A DNA stretch of 64,000 nt from a virus: positions 2,312 through 66,311 of IMG/VR virus record IMGVR_UViG_3300012964_000004, one strand, 5' to 3'. The translations under genes were made by a program, and so were the position numbers. The notes beneath the pieces are model-generated. The model was not told the origin of the DNA. It saw nothing but the letters and a program-made list of their open reading frames with translations, and searched no databases. Position 1 is the first letter of the stretch; the number at the start of each line of letters is the position of its first letter. Shown piece by piece: positions 29,345 through 39,779 of this stretch.

Positions 29345-30337
29345 TTACTTTCTGGGCAGTCCAGAGATAATGGCGAAGGCATCCATCTTGATCTCAGCGC
29401 GTTCGCCAAACAGGGCGGAAGCATAGCGGCCGTTGCCACGACCTTTCTTCCAGTCCTCCAATTCCACAACTGATTGGAATGCACCCCACTGGGTGAGCGC
29501 CAAGCCTGGGTGCTCATCGTTGAATTTCTCGAACAAGTTCAAGGCGGCAGTCTGGTGTGCCAAGCGATCGATGCGCAGTTTCTCATAATCGACAGTGACA
29601 TCGATCACTTTTATTTCCTCTGGATTGGGTGGCAGTTTATAGATTTGGCTGACGGCTGTCTTGAAATCTTCAATGGGGAAGGTAGCGGTAGCCATGTTGA
29701 GGAAAAGCTGGTTGGTAAAGTCCAGCCGTTGCTTGAGATCCAAAGCAATCTGGGCGATCTTCTCAAGTCTGAACAAGTTGCCTCTGACGTGCGTGACATT
29801 CAATGTGAGAGTGGCTTGCTCGAGACCCATGCGCACGGTATTGGCACATTCAGTGCGGACGGGCGTGACAAAGACCTTGGTTGAACTACGCCCAGATTTC
29901 TCATCATAGATCGTGAAGTAATTGTGAACGGTATCACCTTTGATACTGACGAAGCCAGCATCCAAGCAGATGAAGATGCGCTCACCTCTGCCCAAGAGAC
30001 CCAGGGTCTCGACGGGGAACAATTCGCTCAGTCCATTGAACATCTCAAACAGATTGTCATTGGGAACTTGTTGATAGTTCTTGCCGACTATCTCCATAGG
30101 TAGCCACTCGGTTTCACTCTTGAGTGGAGGTCTACACACAGCCGCATGGTTAGGCATCTCAATCAGCTTGCCCTGAATTTCCACATAGACTTTGCCCATC
30201 TCGGTATGAAAATTCATGCCCGTCCGTTCTCCAGCCTGCAGTAGAGTGATATGCTCATCTGCGGGAAAGACTGTGCCGATCCTATGCCAGCCTGGAATAC
30301 CTCTGGCTGTGAAATAATCCATCAAAATTTCATCCAT
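29345..30337 (-). CDS. DUF932 family protein
   Basis: RGIPGWHRIG, VGKNYQ.V.N, ETLG.L..G.RIF, TPVRTECANT and WGAFQSVVE.ED; start at MDEIL with GGAGG RBS. Confidence 0.85.
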   Translation of the reverse strand: MDEILMDYFTARGIPGWHRIGTVFPADEHITLLQAGERTGMNFHTEMGKVYVEIQGKLIEMPNHAAVCRPPLKSETEWLPMEIVGKNYQQVPNDNLFEMFNGLSELFPVETLGLLGRGERIFICLDAGFVSIKGDTVHNYFTIYDEKSGRSSTKVFVTPVRTECANTVRMGLEQATLTLNVTHVRGNLFRLEKIAQIALDLKQRLDFTNQLFLNMATATFPIEDFKTAVSQIYKLPPNPEEIKVIDVTVDYEKLRIDRLAHQTAALNLFEKFNDEHPGLALTQWGAFQSVVELEDWKKGRGNGRYASALFGERAEIKMDAFAIISGLPRK

Positions 30338-30519
30338 CTTTAGCCTCCTTTTTAGGCCAGATGAGGGCAGTGGATATTCTCTCAGCGATCTCTGTTGTGA
30401 CAACCATCATAATGCTGGTCATCTCACGGTCGGATAATTGATATGCTTTCTGGAACATAGTCAGCACCACCCTTAGAACTTCTAGCATTTTGTTTGTTTC
30501 TATTATTATCTCTTCCATC

Positions 30520-30711
30520 TTAATCATCCTCCTTATATACATCCAAGAACTGTAAGAATTTATCTGCATCCCCTGGGTGCTCATGGGATCCATCAGCCTC
30601 AGCCATTCCACTTTTCACCAAGTCCTTAGCGACTTGTACAGACTCAGCTTCCACCCGATAACTAGCGTGAGTCTCCCACAATTCACAAGTCTCAATGATA
30701 TATGTTGGCAT
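30520..30711 (-). CDS. hypothetical early protein
   Basis: YRVEAES...A motif common in small phage proteins; AGGAG RBS. Confidence 0.5.
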   Translation of the reverse strand: MPTYIIETCELWETHASYRVEAESVQVAKDLVKSGMAEADGSHEHPGDADKFLQFLDVYKEDD

Positions 30712-30734
30712 ATTCCACTCCTTTCTCTAATTGG

Positions 30735-31412
30735 TTACGAATTTGCTAAAACTAATTGGTTTTTAGCATTTTGAATGCGCTTGTAGGCTATTCCACACTG
30801 ATCGGGGTCAATCTCGATCCCGATAAAATTGCGGTTCAACTGTATGCACGCCTCACCCGTTGTGCCACTACCCATGAACGGGTCTAAGACAGTCTCGCCT
30901 TCTTTGGTCATCATATTGATGATCCGTTTGGTCAGTTCCAGAGATGTCAGCCCTGGGTTTTTATAACGCTTCTCTTTGAAGTAGTAGCCCTCTCCAGGCA
31001 GGCGGATGTCATCGATCAGATCACGTGTGATTACGATCGGCCTACCTTCGATCAGAGCTACATGATACTGTTGGCGCCAGCCCTGCTTAGCCACGCCTGC
31101 TGCTCTCTTATACACAATGACAGGGTGGGCAGTTGGCATGAGTTGAAGATAAGTTGGGAGCAGTGCGCCACTCACATACATACCCACGCCACGAGTAGCC
31201 AACATTCTGGATATGGATAGGAGCAATCCCATGCGATGCAGGTATTCTTCAGGGCTGAGTTTATCTTTGTACACGCCATAATCCTTGCCCACGTTATAGG
31301 GTGGATCGGCGAACACGAAGGATACGATCTTGGGTGCTCTGGTTGGTAGGACTTCCAACCAATCTCCATGATAAATTTGAAAGTCGATAGTCATGTTAGT
31401 CATCCCAATCAT
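30735..31412 (-). CDS. DNA N4-C/N6-A methyltransferase (beta class)
   Basis: ADPPYNVG motif IV precedes VLDPFMGSGTTG motif I; GIEID. Confidence 0.9.
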   Translation of the reverse strand: MIGMTNMTIDFQIYHGDWLEVLPTRAPKIVSFVFADPPYNVGKDYGVYKDKLSPEEYLHRMGLLLSISRMLATRGVGMYVSGALLPTYLQLMPTAHPVIVYKRAAGVAKQGWRQQYHVALIEGRPIVITRDLIDDIRLPGEGYYFKEKRYKNPGLTSLELTKRIINMMTKEGETVLDPFMGSGTTGEACIQLNRNFIGIEIDPDQCGIAYKRIQNAKNQLVLANS

Positions 31413-31704
31413 CGGGCAGTCCTGGCAATTTCAAGTCCCCGCCCCAAATCTCATCATCGATCATTTCCTCTGCCATTGTGGAAGTGTGGTCATGTCCCTC
31501 ACTCATGAACCAAGCTACAAACTGAATAGGTATGCCATTTGGCAGGTGAGTGGGTTCGTCTTGTCCCTTGTCGGGTGGCATACCAGCCAGATACCATGAT
31601 CCTTGAACTTTGATGAGCCGCTCCCCCCATTTCTTTTTCAGACGGGCAAGTTCACAGCCGTTGCATCGCAAGTAGCCATAGTCTATATATTCTTCGTTGC
31701 TCAT
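31396..31704 (-). CDS. hypothetical early protein
   Basis: 102-aa ORF with AGGAG RBS. Confidence 0.5.
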   Translation of the reverse strand: MSNEEYIDYGYLRCNGCELARLKKKWGERLIKVQGSWYLAGMPPDKGQDEPTHLPNGIPIQFVAWFMSEGHDHTSTMAEEMIDDEIWGGDLKLPGLPDDWDD

Positions 31705-31747
31705 AACAACTCCTTTCTGTTAGAATAAATTTACGGAGGTAAATGAT

Positions 31748-32032
31748 ATGTTACCTAACGCTCCCGTTCCAAGACCCGTTCCAGGTGGGGGTGCGGCGGC
31801 TGCTGCAGCCCCAGGTGGTAATGCCATGCCAATGGGTGAAGCTCCGCCAGCAGCGGCTGCTGCTGAGCAGGGTGCTACGCCCGAACAAGTCCGCGCCGCA
31901 ATCATGACTGTACTTCAACGAGTGAAGTCACTGGCAGACAAGTATGGCTTAGACTTAGGTGAGATGGTAGCCTCACTGGGGTCAGCGCGTGGTGCTGCAC
32001 CGCCGCCGCCAGTGCCTACGCCACAAGCCTAG
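31748..32032 (+). CDS. Pro/Ala/Gly-rich small protein on the opposite strand to its neighbours
   Basis: GGAGGT RBS; fills the gap between two minus-strand genes; amphipathic helical core. Confidence 0.6.
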   Translation: MLPNAPVPRPVPGGGAAAAAAPGGNAMPMGEAPPAAAAAEQGATPEQVRAAIMTVLQRVKSLADKYGLDLGEMVASLGSARGAAPPPPVPTPQA

Positions 32033-32258
32033 CCAGTAAAAACAAAAGGGACAGAGCTACGCCCATTCGCAAGAGCCACTTACGGATGGCGTATTCTGTC
32101 CCTTTCGCTTTGAGTTCTCTGGGCATCATCATGGTAGATGACTGACCTGTGGCTGGATCGGTTGCTTCCAGCTTGATATGCTTACTGCCCTGCACGATGG
32201 TTATCTTGCCAGATCGTCTGGCTTTACGGATGTAGTAATCAGTCAGGTTTTGTGGCAT
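32016..32258 (-). CDS. HicA-like protein with hydrophobic C-tail
   Basis: QGSKHIKL.....MP...KGT..AIRK...MG resembles the HicA dsRBD fold; start at MPQN. Confidence 0.5.
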   Translation of the reverse strand: MPQNLTDYYIRKARRSGKITIVQGSKHIKLEATDPATGQSSTMMMPRELKAKGTEYAIRKWLLRMGVALSLLFLLARLVA

Positions 32259-32426
32259 CGGGCACTTCCTCATAATCCAGAGTAAGGACTGCCTGATCCA
32301 TTCCCCAACCTGAAAGGATTTCATGGGCGAGGGAATTGAACAGCATGGCAGGGCGGACATTCTTATCAGGATCATTCAGTTTGAATTGTTCTTCAGGTAT
32401 GGTGATGGTGATAATTACGTTACGCA

Positions 32427-32693
32427 TTAGTCGCTCCTTTCCTGCTTGCGTTTATAAATCCGACTACCAATCTGTACATCATAGCCGATGGACATGAGTT
32501 CTTCTTGCAAGTCTTTAGTCTCAGGGTGATAAGCAGGTTCAGTTACACTGATGATAAAGGGATAGTCAGCCTCACTGTGCTGTCCCATGTGCATATAGCT
32601 CATGACCCTGCCTGGATGGGCAGGCAAATTAGGGAATAGAGCAATCACTTTCCCATTGTCTTTGAATTTACGAAACACCACTCTATCCTTCAT
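32427..32693 (-). CDS. conserved-type phage hypothetical protein
   Basis: VVFRKF...VIALFP.....SYMH.GQHS.A pattern. Confidence 0.6.
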   Translation of the reverse strand: MKDRVVFRKFKDNGKVIALFPNLPAHPGRVMSYMHMGQHSEADYPFIISVTEPAYHPETKDLQEELMSIGYDVQIGSRIYKRKQERSD

Positions 32694-35075
32694 TCTTTCC
32701 CTCCTTTGTTACAGTTATGTCAGTTGCATCTCCCCACTCATAGGTGGCTGTGAATTCACAGCCACACTCAGGGCAGACGAACTCGACTTTTATTTCATTC
32801 CACACAATGGAACTGGAATTATCTGATGATATAATCTCCCTACAATTAGGGCATTCTTCTTCCCACGGTATAGTGATAGGCATCATTCACCTCTCAATCT
32901 ACTTAGCACTGATCTAAGTTGTGTCATCATGTCCGCTTGAGGCAGGTCACGCTGTAAAGCCAGATATTCCATGCCCATCTCTGAACAGCGGAGCGAGCGC
33001 TTGCGATTGCCCACAACCCAGTGACCAAACACTCCCAAGAAATCTACTGCCAACCTGTGTTGTATGCCTGGACGGTACGACACAACGGCTGGTAGATAGT
33101 ATCCATAGTTCCTGTTCTGCCTGCCGCCCACCCAATACACTTTGACATAGGGCAGTTGGATCATATCCAAGACATGCCACAGTCGGATGACTGGAGCGGG
33201 CATGGGCTGATCTGGATGGACGTAGACTTGACCTTTCATTCTGGTTGGATGTTCATGGTTTGATAGATAAAAGCTCTGGCTATCTCATCCACAGTGAACT
33301 TGACCGGCTCAATGATGATGAAGTTATCACCAGCTTCGGCATACGCTCGCTCTAAATCGTCACGATTTTTCAATCCCCTTATACCTTCTGCCTTTGCCCA
33401 CTCACTCATAATACGCTCTGCTTCTGCATCCGCTTCTTTCAAGGACAGATAAGCAGACAGGTCTGTGTTCTCAGCGTAATCATGACAGACAATATAAATG
33501 GTAAAATCCTTTGATACTTTCTTACTCATCACTGTCAATCTCCTTTCCAGAGTTTATACAACCTATGAACTCCGTGATGATGCACAAAGCTGCGTATTTT
33601 ACGCACGTATCCACCCCCCTCCATTGCCATCTCAACCGCACTGTAGTTCTGACCTCTGCGTTTGTACACCCACTTTGCGATATTCCTTTCAGTCTTCTTC
33701 CAATCAATGCGAGTAGATGACTTGAATACCAAGACTTCTCTCACGCTCAGTAGCTCAGGCATGGGTCACCTCGGGCTGGATATAGCGCCATTTCTTGACA
33801 GTGCGTGCAGGAGCACCAATTCTGCTGCCGAGATACCATGTCTCGCCATACGGGATAAATTCCGTCCAATACTCGTTGTAATCCGAGCCTATGCCCAAGT
33901 GTTCTCTAGACATGTCTGTATCTTTGAACCCACAGAAAGCACCACCTTCATTGGCACGAACGCGCCTGAACTGAACAACTTCTTGCGTCCCATCGCTGAG
34001 GATCACTTCAACTATGACACGGGCGGTCATCCCACTTACTTCTCCACCTCTTGTATCAGGTAGGGATTTCATTGGATTGTGCCATCTCTTATCCATTATC
34101 AGTCTCCTTCTCTGTGAACTGGGGTAATTGTGCCTGGGTTAGTGACATAACTACGTGCTCCTGATACCACAAGCGCACCAAGACCGCGCCCGCTTTTAAT
34201 TGGCTGATTGCCTCATCTTCCGCAGCCTGACGATCACTGAACATCTGGTAGGTCATGTATCCTTGCGGATCGACCACACTTAGCTGGTACATATCAGTCT
34301 CCTTTCTTACTTTCCTCAATCAGTTCATCCAATTCAATCTCATCCATGTCAGTAGTGATAATCTCTTCTGCATACTTATTGTAGATTGAGGACAGCGCAT
34401 TGTAACTCAGAGCATTAGGATCAGCATCTTCATCGTCTGCCCACAATTCCATGTGCTCATTAGCCCACTCACGCATGAGATCATCAACCTTATCCCACAT
34501 TTTCTGGCAGGTGGGAAAGACATAGACTACATCCTCAGTCGGCGTGTCATGGCAGAGCGTATAGATTTTTACTCTCATGCTGCCCTCGCTTGTAAGACCG
34601 TATCCAAGAAATAATTCAGGTCGTAGCCGGTCTGGTCATGCAGGGTCACCCAAGAGTAGTTGTTGACCAGCTTGATACATACTCGGTCATAGACTATCCT
34701 GAGTTGTAGCTCCCATCGATACTCAGTTGCACCCTCCCGTTCTGCCAGTTCATTTTCTTCGGCGCCGATCACAACCAGACGATCATTCTTTGCCTCATTC
34801 TGGATCTCTTCATACAGACTTTCATCCCCCTTGTCCTCGTCAAACTCGAATGCGTAGCCGTTCACTGGCATACAGGCATAGCCTAGATGATGTTTCTTCA
34901 ACATCTCAGGCACGCCTTTTAGATCATCAATCCATTTGTCAGTCACATCCACGAATACAAGGTGGTCTGGGATGTACTCGTCATGTTCAGCGATGAACAC
35001 AACATAATTCTTCTTAGCCATTGTTACCTCCTTTCTTGAACCTGCCTCGTTCGTCTCGCTTGGCAGACTGAGCAC
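32683..35075 (-). other. cluster of about 8 small, overlapping early ORFs (32683-32886, 32883-33239, 33236-33538, 33535-33762, 33755-34096, 34089-34319, 34294-34578, 34575-35075)
   Basis: Head-to-tail ORFs with ATGA overlaps and GGAG RBSs, many acidic; no recognisable family. Confidence 0.6.
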
Positions 35076-35143
35076 GAGCTATTCCGCCCAGTCTGCCATA
35101 TTCCCAGGCTTGCATACCCATGTGGATAAATACTTGGAGGTCA

Positions 35144-35851
35144 TCAGGATTGAGCAGGCGTATCCAATTTCTGCCTGACAACTGATACCTCTGCTTGAAA
35201 GTGTTCCTCAGTTCCTGGTAGATAGGTTTGAATTCCATTCTTCAATTCCTCTCTGACCATAGCATCAATGTTGCTCTTAGCCTCAATGATAGCCTGATCC
35301 TCGCCGCTATTAAAGTGATCGCGGAGCATTCTCTCACTGTCATCGTAGTCGTAATAACCGTAGCAACTATCGACTATCTCGCCACCAGCATCTTCAATGA
35401 TGAAGCCATACACTGAGCCAGACAAATAGGAACTATACGTACTGACTTCTCCGCGCAACTGATTGACTATATATTGAATGCGCTTGGCTGTAAGGCGCTT
35501 CCATCTATGATCTTCCCTTGCTCTCTGCTTGGTCACATAGATATATCCGACCATGCCACTGTCCCACTCGGCATGAACGGCTCTACCCACGAACGACTGG
35601 GTACTCATACACTGTATGCTATGGTCGTACAGATAGAGAGGCAGTGAGATAACATCAGGCTGGCGGACAAATGCGAGCAAATCCTCTGTGCTATCAAATT
35701 CATGTACATCCCCCAAGTTATAGCGTCTGTGTTTACAGTACATTGTGCCCAGATTAGACCAGCCCCGTGGATCTTCGGGACAATAATCTGGGACGATCTT
35801 GATAGTGTAGCCCTTGTACTCCAACTGTTCGATTACATTCTCCTCATTCAT
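35144..35851 (-). CDS. conserved-type phage early protein
   Basis: D..PEDPR.W.NLGTM...HRRY.LGD, LPLYLYDHS, WDSGMVGYIY and DSCYGYY pattern. Confidence 0.65.
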   Translation of the reverse strand: MNEENVIEQLEYKGYTIKIVPDYCPEDPRGWSNLGTMYCKHRRYNLGDVHEFDSTEDLLAFVRQPDVISLPLYLYDHSIQCMSTQSFVGRAVHAEWDSGMVGYIYVTKQRAREDHRWKRLTAKRIQYIVNQLRGEVSTYSSYLSGSVYGFIIEDAGGEIVDSCYGYYDYDDSERMLRDHFNSGEDQAIIEAKSNIDAMVREELKNGIQTYLPGTEEHFQAEVSVVRQKLDTPAQS

Positions 35852-36279
35852 GATAGTTCCCCCAAGAACTCTTCAGTCAAAGTGTGATCGACCTTATAGC
35901 GTCGATGAGCATCGTTCTCATCCACCAAGACAACCACATTCTGAGGGACACGATCGACGGTTACTACACCCCCGTTTACACTGAGGATCACTGTCAAATC
36001 CTCATCTTGAGTGTGGCGCTTGAGTGCCGCCTGTAATTTCAAGATGAATTGATTACGCGGAATACGAGCCTCATGGTCTAACAAAATCCAGTTCAAGTGC
36101 TTGCCAGTAGTCGCCCCCCAGATATTCTCACTGACAACCAGACCATCTTCTCGTGTGCTGAAAGCCACAATGGTACGGTAGGAAAACCAGAGCGAGATAG
36201 AACCAAGCTCTAATTTCACAGCATTCATGCCGTAACTGCCAGTGTATTTCCCGTAACAATAAAAGCGTGGAATATTCAT
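35848..36279 (-). CDS. phage early protein
   Basis: FSYRTIVAF...W..TTGKHLN motif. Confidence 0.6.
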   Translation of the reverse strand: MNIPRFYCYGKYTGSYGMNAVKLELGSISLWFSYRTIVAFSTREDGLVVSENIWGATTGKHLNWILLDHEARIPRNQFILKLQAALKRHTQDEDLTVILSVNGGVVTVDRVPQNVVVLVDENDAHRRYKVDHTLTEEFLGELS

Positions 36280-36549
36280 AGTAACTTCTCCTTTCTAATC
36301 TAATTTGTCAAGTCTCCATATCTTGTCTTTGAAAACCAGTTCCCATTCTCAGTCTGCTCTACCTTTTCTTCACTGAAAGGTTGAGTGGTATTGATATGTA
36401 AGGCATGGATTTCAAACCTAGGATGCCCTTTGCCAAGCCAGACAGTGGGTTCGACCAACATGCCGTGTCTGAACGCACCATCATGGGCGGAGAATACTCC
36501 GCCCAGGATTAGTTCACTGCCAGTATTCAGAACCAGCACCCAGACTATC

Positions 36550-37557
36550 TCACCCATTGTCAACATCTTTGTCCCAGTCCCCCTCGATAAATTGTTTATG
36601 CGTGATTGTGCGTGTCTTTACATGGAGGTGATCAGAGTGCTCACCCCACATGACTTTGGGAAATTCCTCTGCAATATCCCATCCCTGACCTGGATTGAAC
36701 CCAGACAGAAGAGACTGTGCTCTATCATGCTGCTCTCCCGAGACCAGTGGATAGAAGGTAGTATCAAATTGACCATTAGAATACTCGAACCAGACAGACA
36801 CCATCTTCTGATGCAGTCTCTCGATAATGCGCTCTGGGTCATCGGTCTGTCCTCCATACCAGCCATTCTGGTACTCAAAGTGTTCTTCCACGTCCTCTCT
36901 GCGCCACTGATCTTTGGGTTTCATCACTCTGGTCAGCTTGCCTGACTTGTGAATGAGCCAATCAGGGATGGGCTTGCCTTCGTTGATAGCCAGGTAATCC
37001 TCAATGTCACTGTCCTCAAGGCAGTCCTTGTGGATGATGCCCTCCTCTATGATGATGAAATCAGGCTGCCACTCATAGCAGTCATGAGTAGTGCGGACAA
37101 CCTCATAGCAGCATGAGCACTCACTGTACTCATCCGAGAACACGAACTCGCCGAGCCAGCGGTCAATCTCATCGCTCATCTCATCCACTACATCAGGCAG
37201 ACTGTAAGGATACTCATCCCGATTAGGAAAGTAACCGTTTCTTCCCAGTCTCAGGTCAGTGACAATCTCATATTGATTGCCTTGCCACTGAACCTTGCCC
37301 ATGTCATCATATCCCTGCTTATTCTGGATGGCTTTCTTATACAGGTGATAGAGACCGCCCTCCAGTAAGCAGAGAGTGTACAGATTGTAAATACCACGCC
37401 ACTCATACCAGACTGTAACTTTGTCGTTCGTGCCGTGGAAATTGACGGCATGAGTTAGCAAGTGCTGGTCTACCTGATGATCTTCCACCACCCTTGATAG
37501 AATTGTATGCCACTCTGATATTACGTTCATCGCCAATCTCCTCTCATTGTCAAACAA
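36550..37557 (-). CDS. hypothetical early protein
   Basis: 335-aa acidic ORF with FSDEYSECSCC and NGWYGGQTDDP. Confidence 0.6.
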   Translation of the reverse strand: MFDNERRLAMNVISEWHTILSRVVEDHQVDQHLLTHAVNFHGTNDKVTVWYEWRGIYNLYTLCLLEGGLYHLYKKAIQNKQGYDDMGKVQWQGNQYEIVTDLRLGRNGYFPNRDEYPYSLPDVVDEMSDEIDRWLGEFVFSDEYSECSCCYEVVRTTHDCYEWQPDFIIIEEGIIHKDCLEDSDIEDYLAINEGKPIPDWLIHKSGKLTRVMKPKDQWRREDVEEHFEYQNGWYGGQTDDPERIIERLHQKMVSVWFEYSNGQFDTTFYPLVSGEQHDRAQSLLSGFNPGQGWDIAEEFPKVMWGEHSDHLHVKTRTITHKQFIEGDWDKDVDNG

Positions 37558-37560
37558 AAC

Positions 37561-37590
37561 TACCCTCGCTCCCAGGTGGGAGCAAGGGTA
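37561..37590. terminator. intergenic stem-loop
   Basis: TACCCT.GCTCCC-AGGT-GGGAGC.AGGGTA. Confidence 0.5.
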
Positions 37591-37596
37591 GGATAT

Positions 37597-38085
37597 TCAG
37601 CCTGTGTAAGGGGCTGTGCGGATGGGGCAATCCAAAGCAGAACACTTAGAACAATCCTCGCCGAGTTCTTCAGAGACCTTGAGATCCTTCAGTGCATCAA
37701 TGAGGGAAATGTGGCTAGGGTCATTCATGAGTTCTTTCAGCATTTGAGTGAGGGATGACAGACCACTATCGACTTTGATATTATCAATGTCAGACTTGAT
37801 GAGTTGATAGTCCTCGGCTGTTTCCTGATTGCCAAACAGATAACCGAGTTCAAAGGCAGACACAGAGAAGGCAGCTATCACATCACCATACTTATCATGA
37901 GCTTCATTGGCTCGCATACTTTTCTCGCCCAGACTATTCAGTGTTCCATTCGACATGCTAGTAGTTGCCAGAGCTTTGAGCAATCTGACAGAGAAGTTGC
38001 TCTGGATATAATCCTGCCCTATTTGAGCGAGCAGAGGGAACACACGATCTTGAATAATGCTCATTATTTTATCGAACGTATCCAT
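37597..38085 (-). CDS. hypothetical early protein
   Basis: 162 aa with GGAGG RBS and C-terminal CxxC..DCP. Confidence 0.55.
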   Translation of the reverse strand: MDTFDKIMSIIQDRVFPLLAQIGQDYIQSNFSVRLLKALATTSMSNGTLNSLGEKSMRANEAHDKYGDVIAAFSVSAFELGYLFGNQETAEDYQLIKSDIDNIKVDSGLSSLTQMLKELMNDPSHISLIDALKDLKVSEELGEDCSKCSALDCPIRTAPYTG

Positions 38086-38135
38086 TTGAGCCTCCAGTTC
38101 ATTTGTAACAGATTAGTAAAGCGGAAACATTAGAA

Positions 38136-38166
38136 TGGCATGAGTGCTCTGTCAGCACTCATGCCA
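38136..38166. terminator. perfect 13-bp intergenic inverted repeat
   Basis: TGGCATGAGTGCT-ctgtc-AGCACTCATGCCA. Confidence 0.65.
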
Positions 38167-38172
38167 ACTAGA

Positions 38173-38661
38173 CTACTCTTCGTCATCCTTATCGATCATG
38201 GATGACAGAATATCCATCATGCTAGGGTGTGTGTTGGGAAGAGCAATATTGAGGATGTCCTCTTCCTTCTCCCGCTTGGCAATCTCGGCATCAGTCAGTG
38301 TGTCTGGATAAAGCTCTTCGAGGGCGTGACTGCGTGCTGAAACCTCAGCACTGAATTGTTTGAAAGCCTCGGCAGTGGCAGGGTGAGCAGCCAGATAGCC
38401 AGTGATAAAGCTATAGTAGCCAATCACTGATGTGTTACTTTCCCGATATATTTTCTCAGTATCAGTGATTGTGCCTGTCAGATTATCCATCTTCCAGCGA
38501 TTGTTACCGAGTGCCATGATAGTCATCAATGTATGATTGCCGTGAATTTCATCAATGACTGGCTCGCCGCCAACTTTCTGGAGCATGTCGATCAAGACAC
38601 TGCCAAAGTCTTTGATCAAGCTCTCCATATACATCTTGAACCGCCTACGTGAGCAACGCAT
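38173..38661 (-). CDS. hypothetical early protein
   Basis: 162-aa acidic ORF. Confidence 0.55.
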   Translation of the reverse strand: MRCSRRRFKMYMESLIKDFGSVLIDMLQKVGGEPVIDEIHGNHTLMTIMALGNNRWKMDNLTGTITDTEKIYRESNTSVIGYYSFITGYLAAHPATAEAFKQFSAEVSARSHALEELYPDTLTDAEIAKREKEEDILNIALPNTHPSMMDILSSMIDKDDEE

Positions 38662-38687
38662 TGTATATCTCCTTTCAAACTGTCTGA

Positions 38688-38903
38688 TTATGAATTGAAG
38701 TCCCCGTCAAAGTAGCCCTCATCTTCGAGTGCATCATTGACTGCTTCTTTGACTGTAGTACCATCATCATACCAATCTCTGTAATTCTTATCTCCCAGGT
38801 CAGAGGTGGATAGACCAACACGAGCGGACATAACTTTATCAACGAGCTTCATCCATGTTACAAAGTCAACTGTGTCACTGTCAATGTTAGCTGGATCAAT
38901 CAT
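38688..38903 (-). CDS. small acidic phage protein
   Basis: W...VD......GL...DL.D..YRDWYDDG pattern. Confidence 0.6.
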   Translation of the reverse strand: MIDPANIDSDTVDFVTWMKLVDKVMSARVGLSTSDLGDKNYRDWYDDGTTVKEAVNDALEDEGYFDGDFNS

Positions 38904-38912
38904 TGTGTCGCC

Positions 38913-39296
38913 TCAATTCTCGAAACCAAACATATCCTGATCCCAGAAGCCAAACAGAGAATTGTTACCTGGGTGGGCAGAGAAAACTGACTTCTCTGGA
39001 GCAATCAAGTTGAGTTGTTCCCAGAGAGTTTCCCAAAGCAGGATGTCAATCTCCTCAGCCATGTCCCGTGCAACTTTCCTCGTCTTGCCCTGATGGATTG
39101 ACTTTGAATACAGACTGGATGAGTATCCAAAGTCACCATATCTCCTCAATATTCTGCGTGCCTCTGCTACTGACCAGTGGTCTGGCTTGACAAGTGCCAG
39201 ACAATCACTGAATGCCCTGAGCAAGTCACTGTCCCTCAGGGTATCTTTAGATACCTCATAGCCTATGTGAATTGTCTGTACTGGTTGACCAGTCAT
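38913..39296 (-). CDS. hypothetical early protein
   Basis: TLR..DLL.AF...L.APE...F.AHPG....GFW; RBS present. Confidence 0.6.
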   Translation of the reverse strand: MTGQPVQTIHIGYEVSKDTLRDSDLLRAFSDCLALVKPDHWSVAEARRILRRYGDFGYSSSLYSKSIHQGKTRKVARDMAEEIDILLWETLWEQLNLIAPEKSVFSAHPGNNSLFGFWDQDMFGFEN

Positions 39297-39400
39297 GTTG
39301 TCCTCACTTGACTGCTATACGCAGTCGATAGGATTTTACTGTCTGTCACTCTCTCGATCTACCACACAGTCCCCCACAATGCGCGTAGGGATCGAGAGAG

Positions 39401-39437
39401 AAAAAAAATAAAACTGGGGGGTCAGAGACCCCCCAGT
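39401..39437 (-). terminator. Rho-independent terminator
   Basis: GC-rich hairpin (CTGGGGG...CCCCCAG) followed on the minus strand by a long T-tract, just after the 39450 stop. Confidence 0.75.
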
Positions 39438-39449
39438 GTCGAGGGGAAA

Positions 39450-39776
39450 TTATTCCTCGTCCTCCTCCTCAGGCACGAAGTCAGGGTTGCGCAGACCAAA
39501 GGTCATAGTACCCTCAATCGTGCCAATGCCAGTAGTAGCCCAGGGAAAGACAGTGATGTTGATCATCTTGCCCTTTTTGCTTTGCTCCAGCTTGACTTTA
39601 GCAGGGTCAAGCTCGACCTCGATATGCAGCCTAGTTCCAACCAAGGCAAAGGTATGATTTGTCTTGGGGATCAGTCTGCCGTCTGGTTTGGTATCTTTAC
39701 CAATACCATATTTGGACAGATCGACTGTCTTGACAGCAACTGTCTTGCCATTTGTGGTCATGATAACTCCTTTCAT
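39450..39776 (-). CDS. first early-strand gene, hypothetical (acidic C-tail)
   Basis: AAAGGAG RBS before the internal Met (MTTNG); terminator downstream. Confidence 0.55.
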   Translation of the reverse strand: MKGVIMTTNGKTVAVKTVDLSKYGIGKDTKPDGRLIPKTNHTFALVGTRLHIEVELDPAKVKLEQSKKGKMINITVFPWATTGIGTIEGTMTFGLRNPDFVPEEEDEE

Positions 39777-39779
39777 GAG

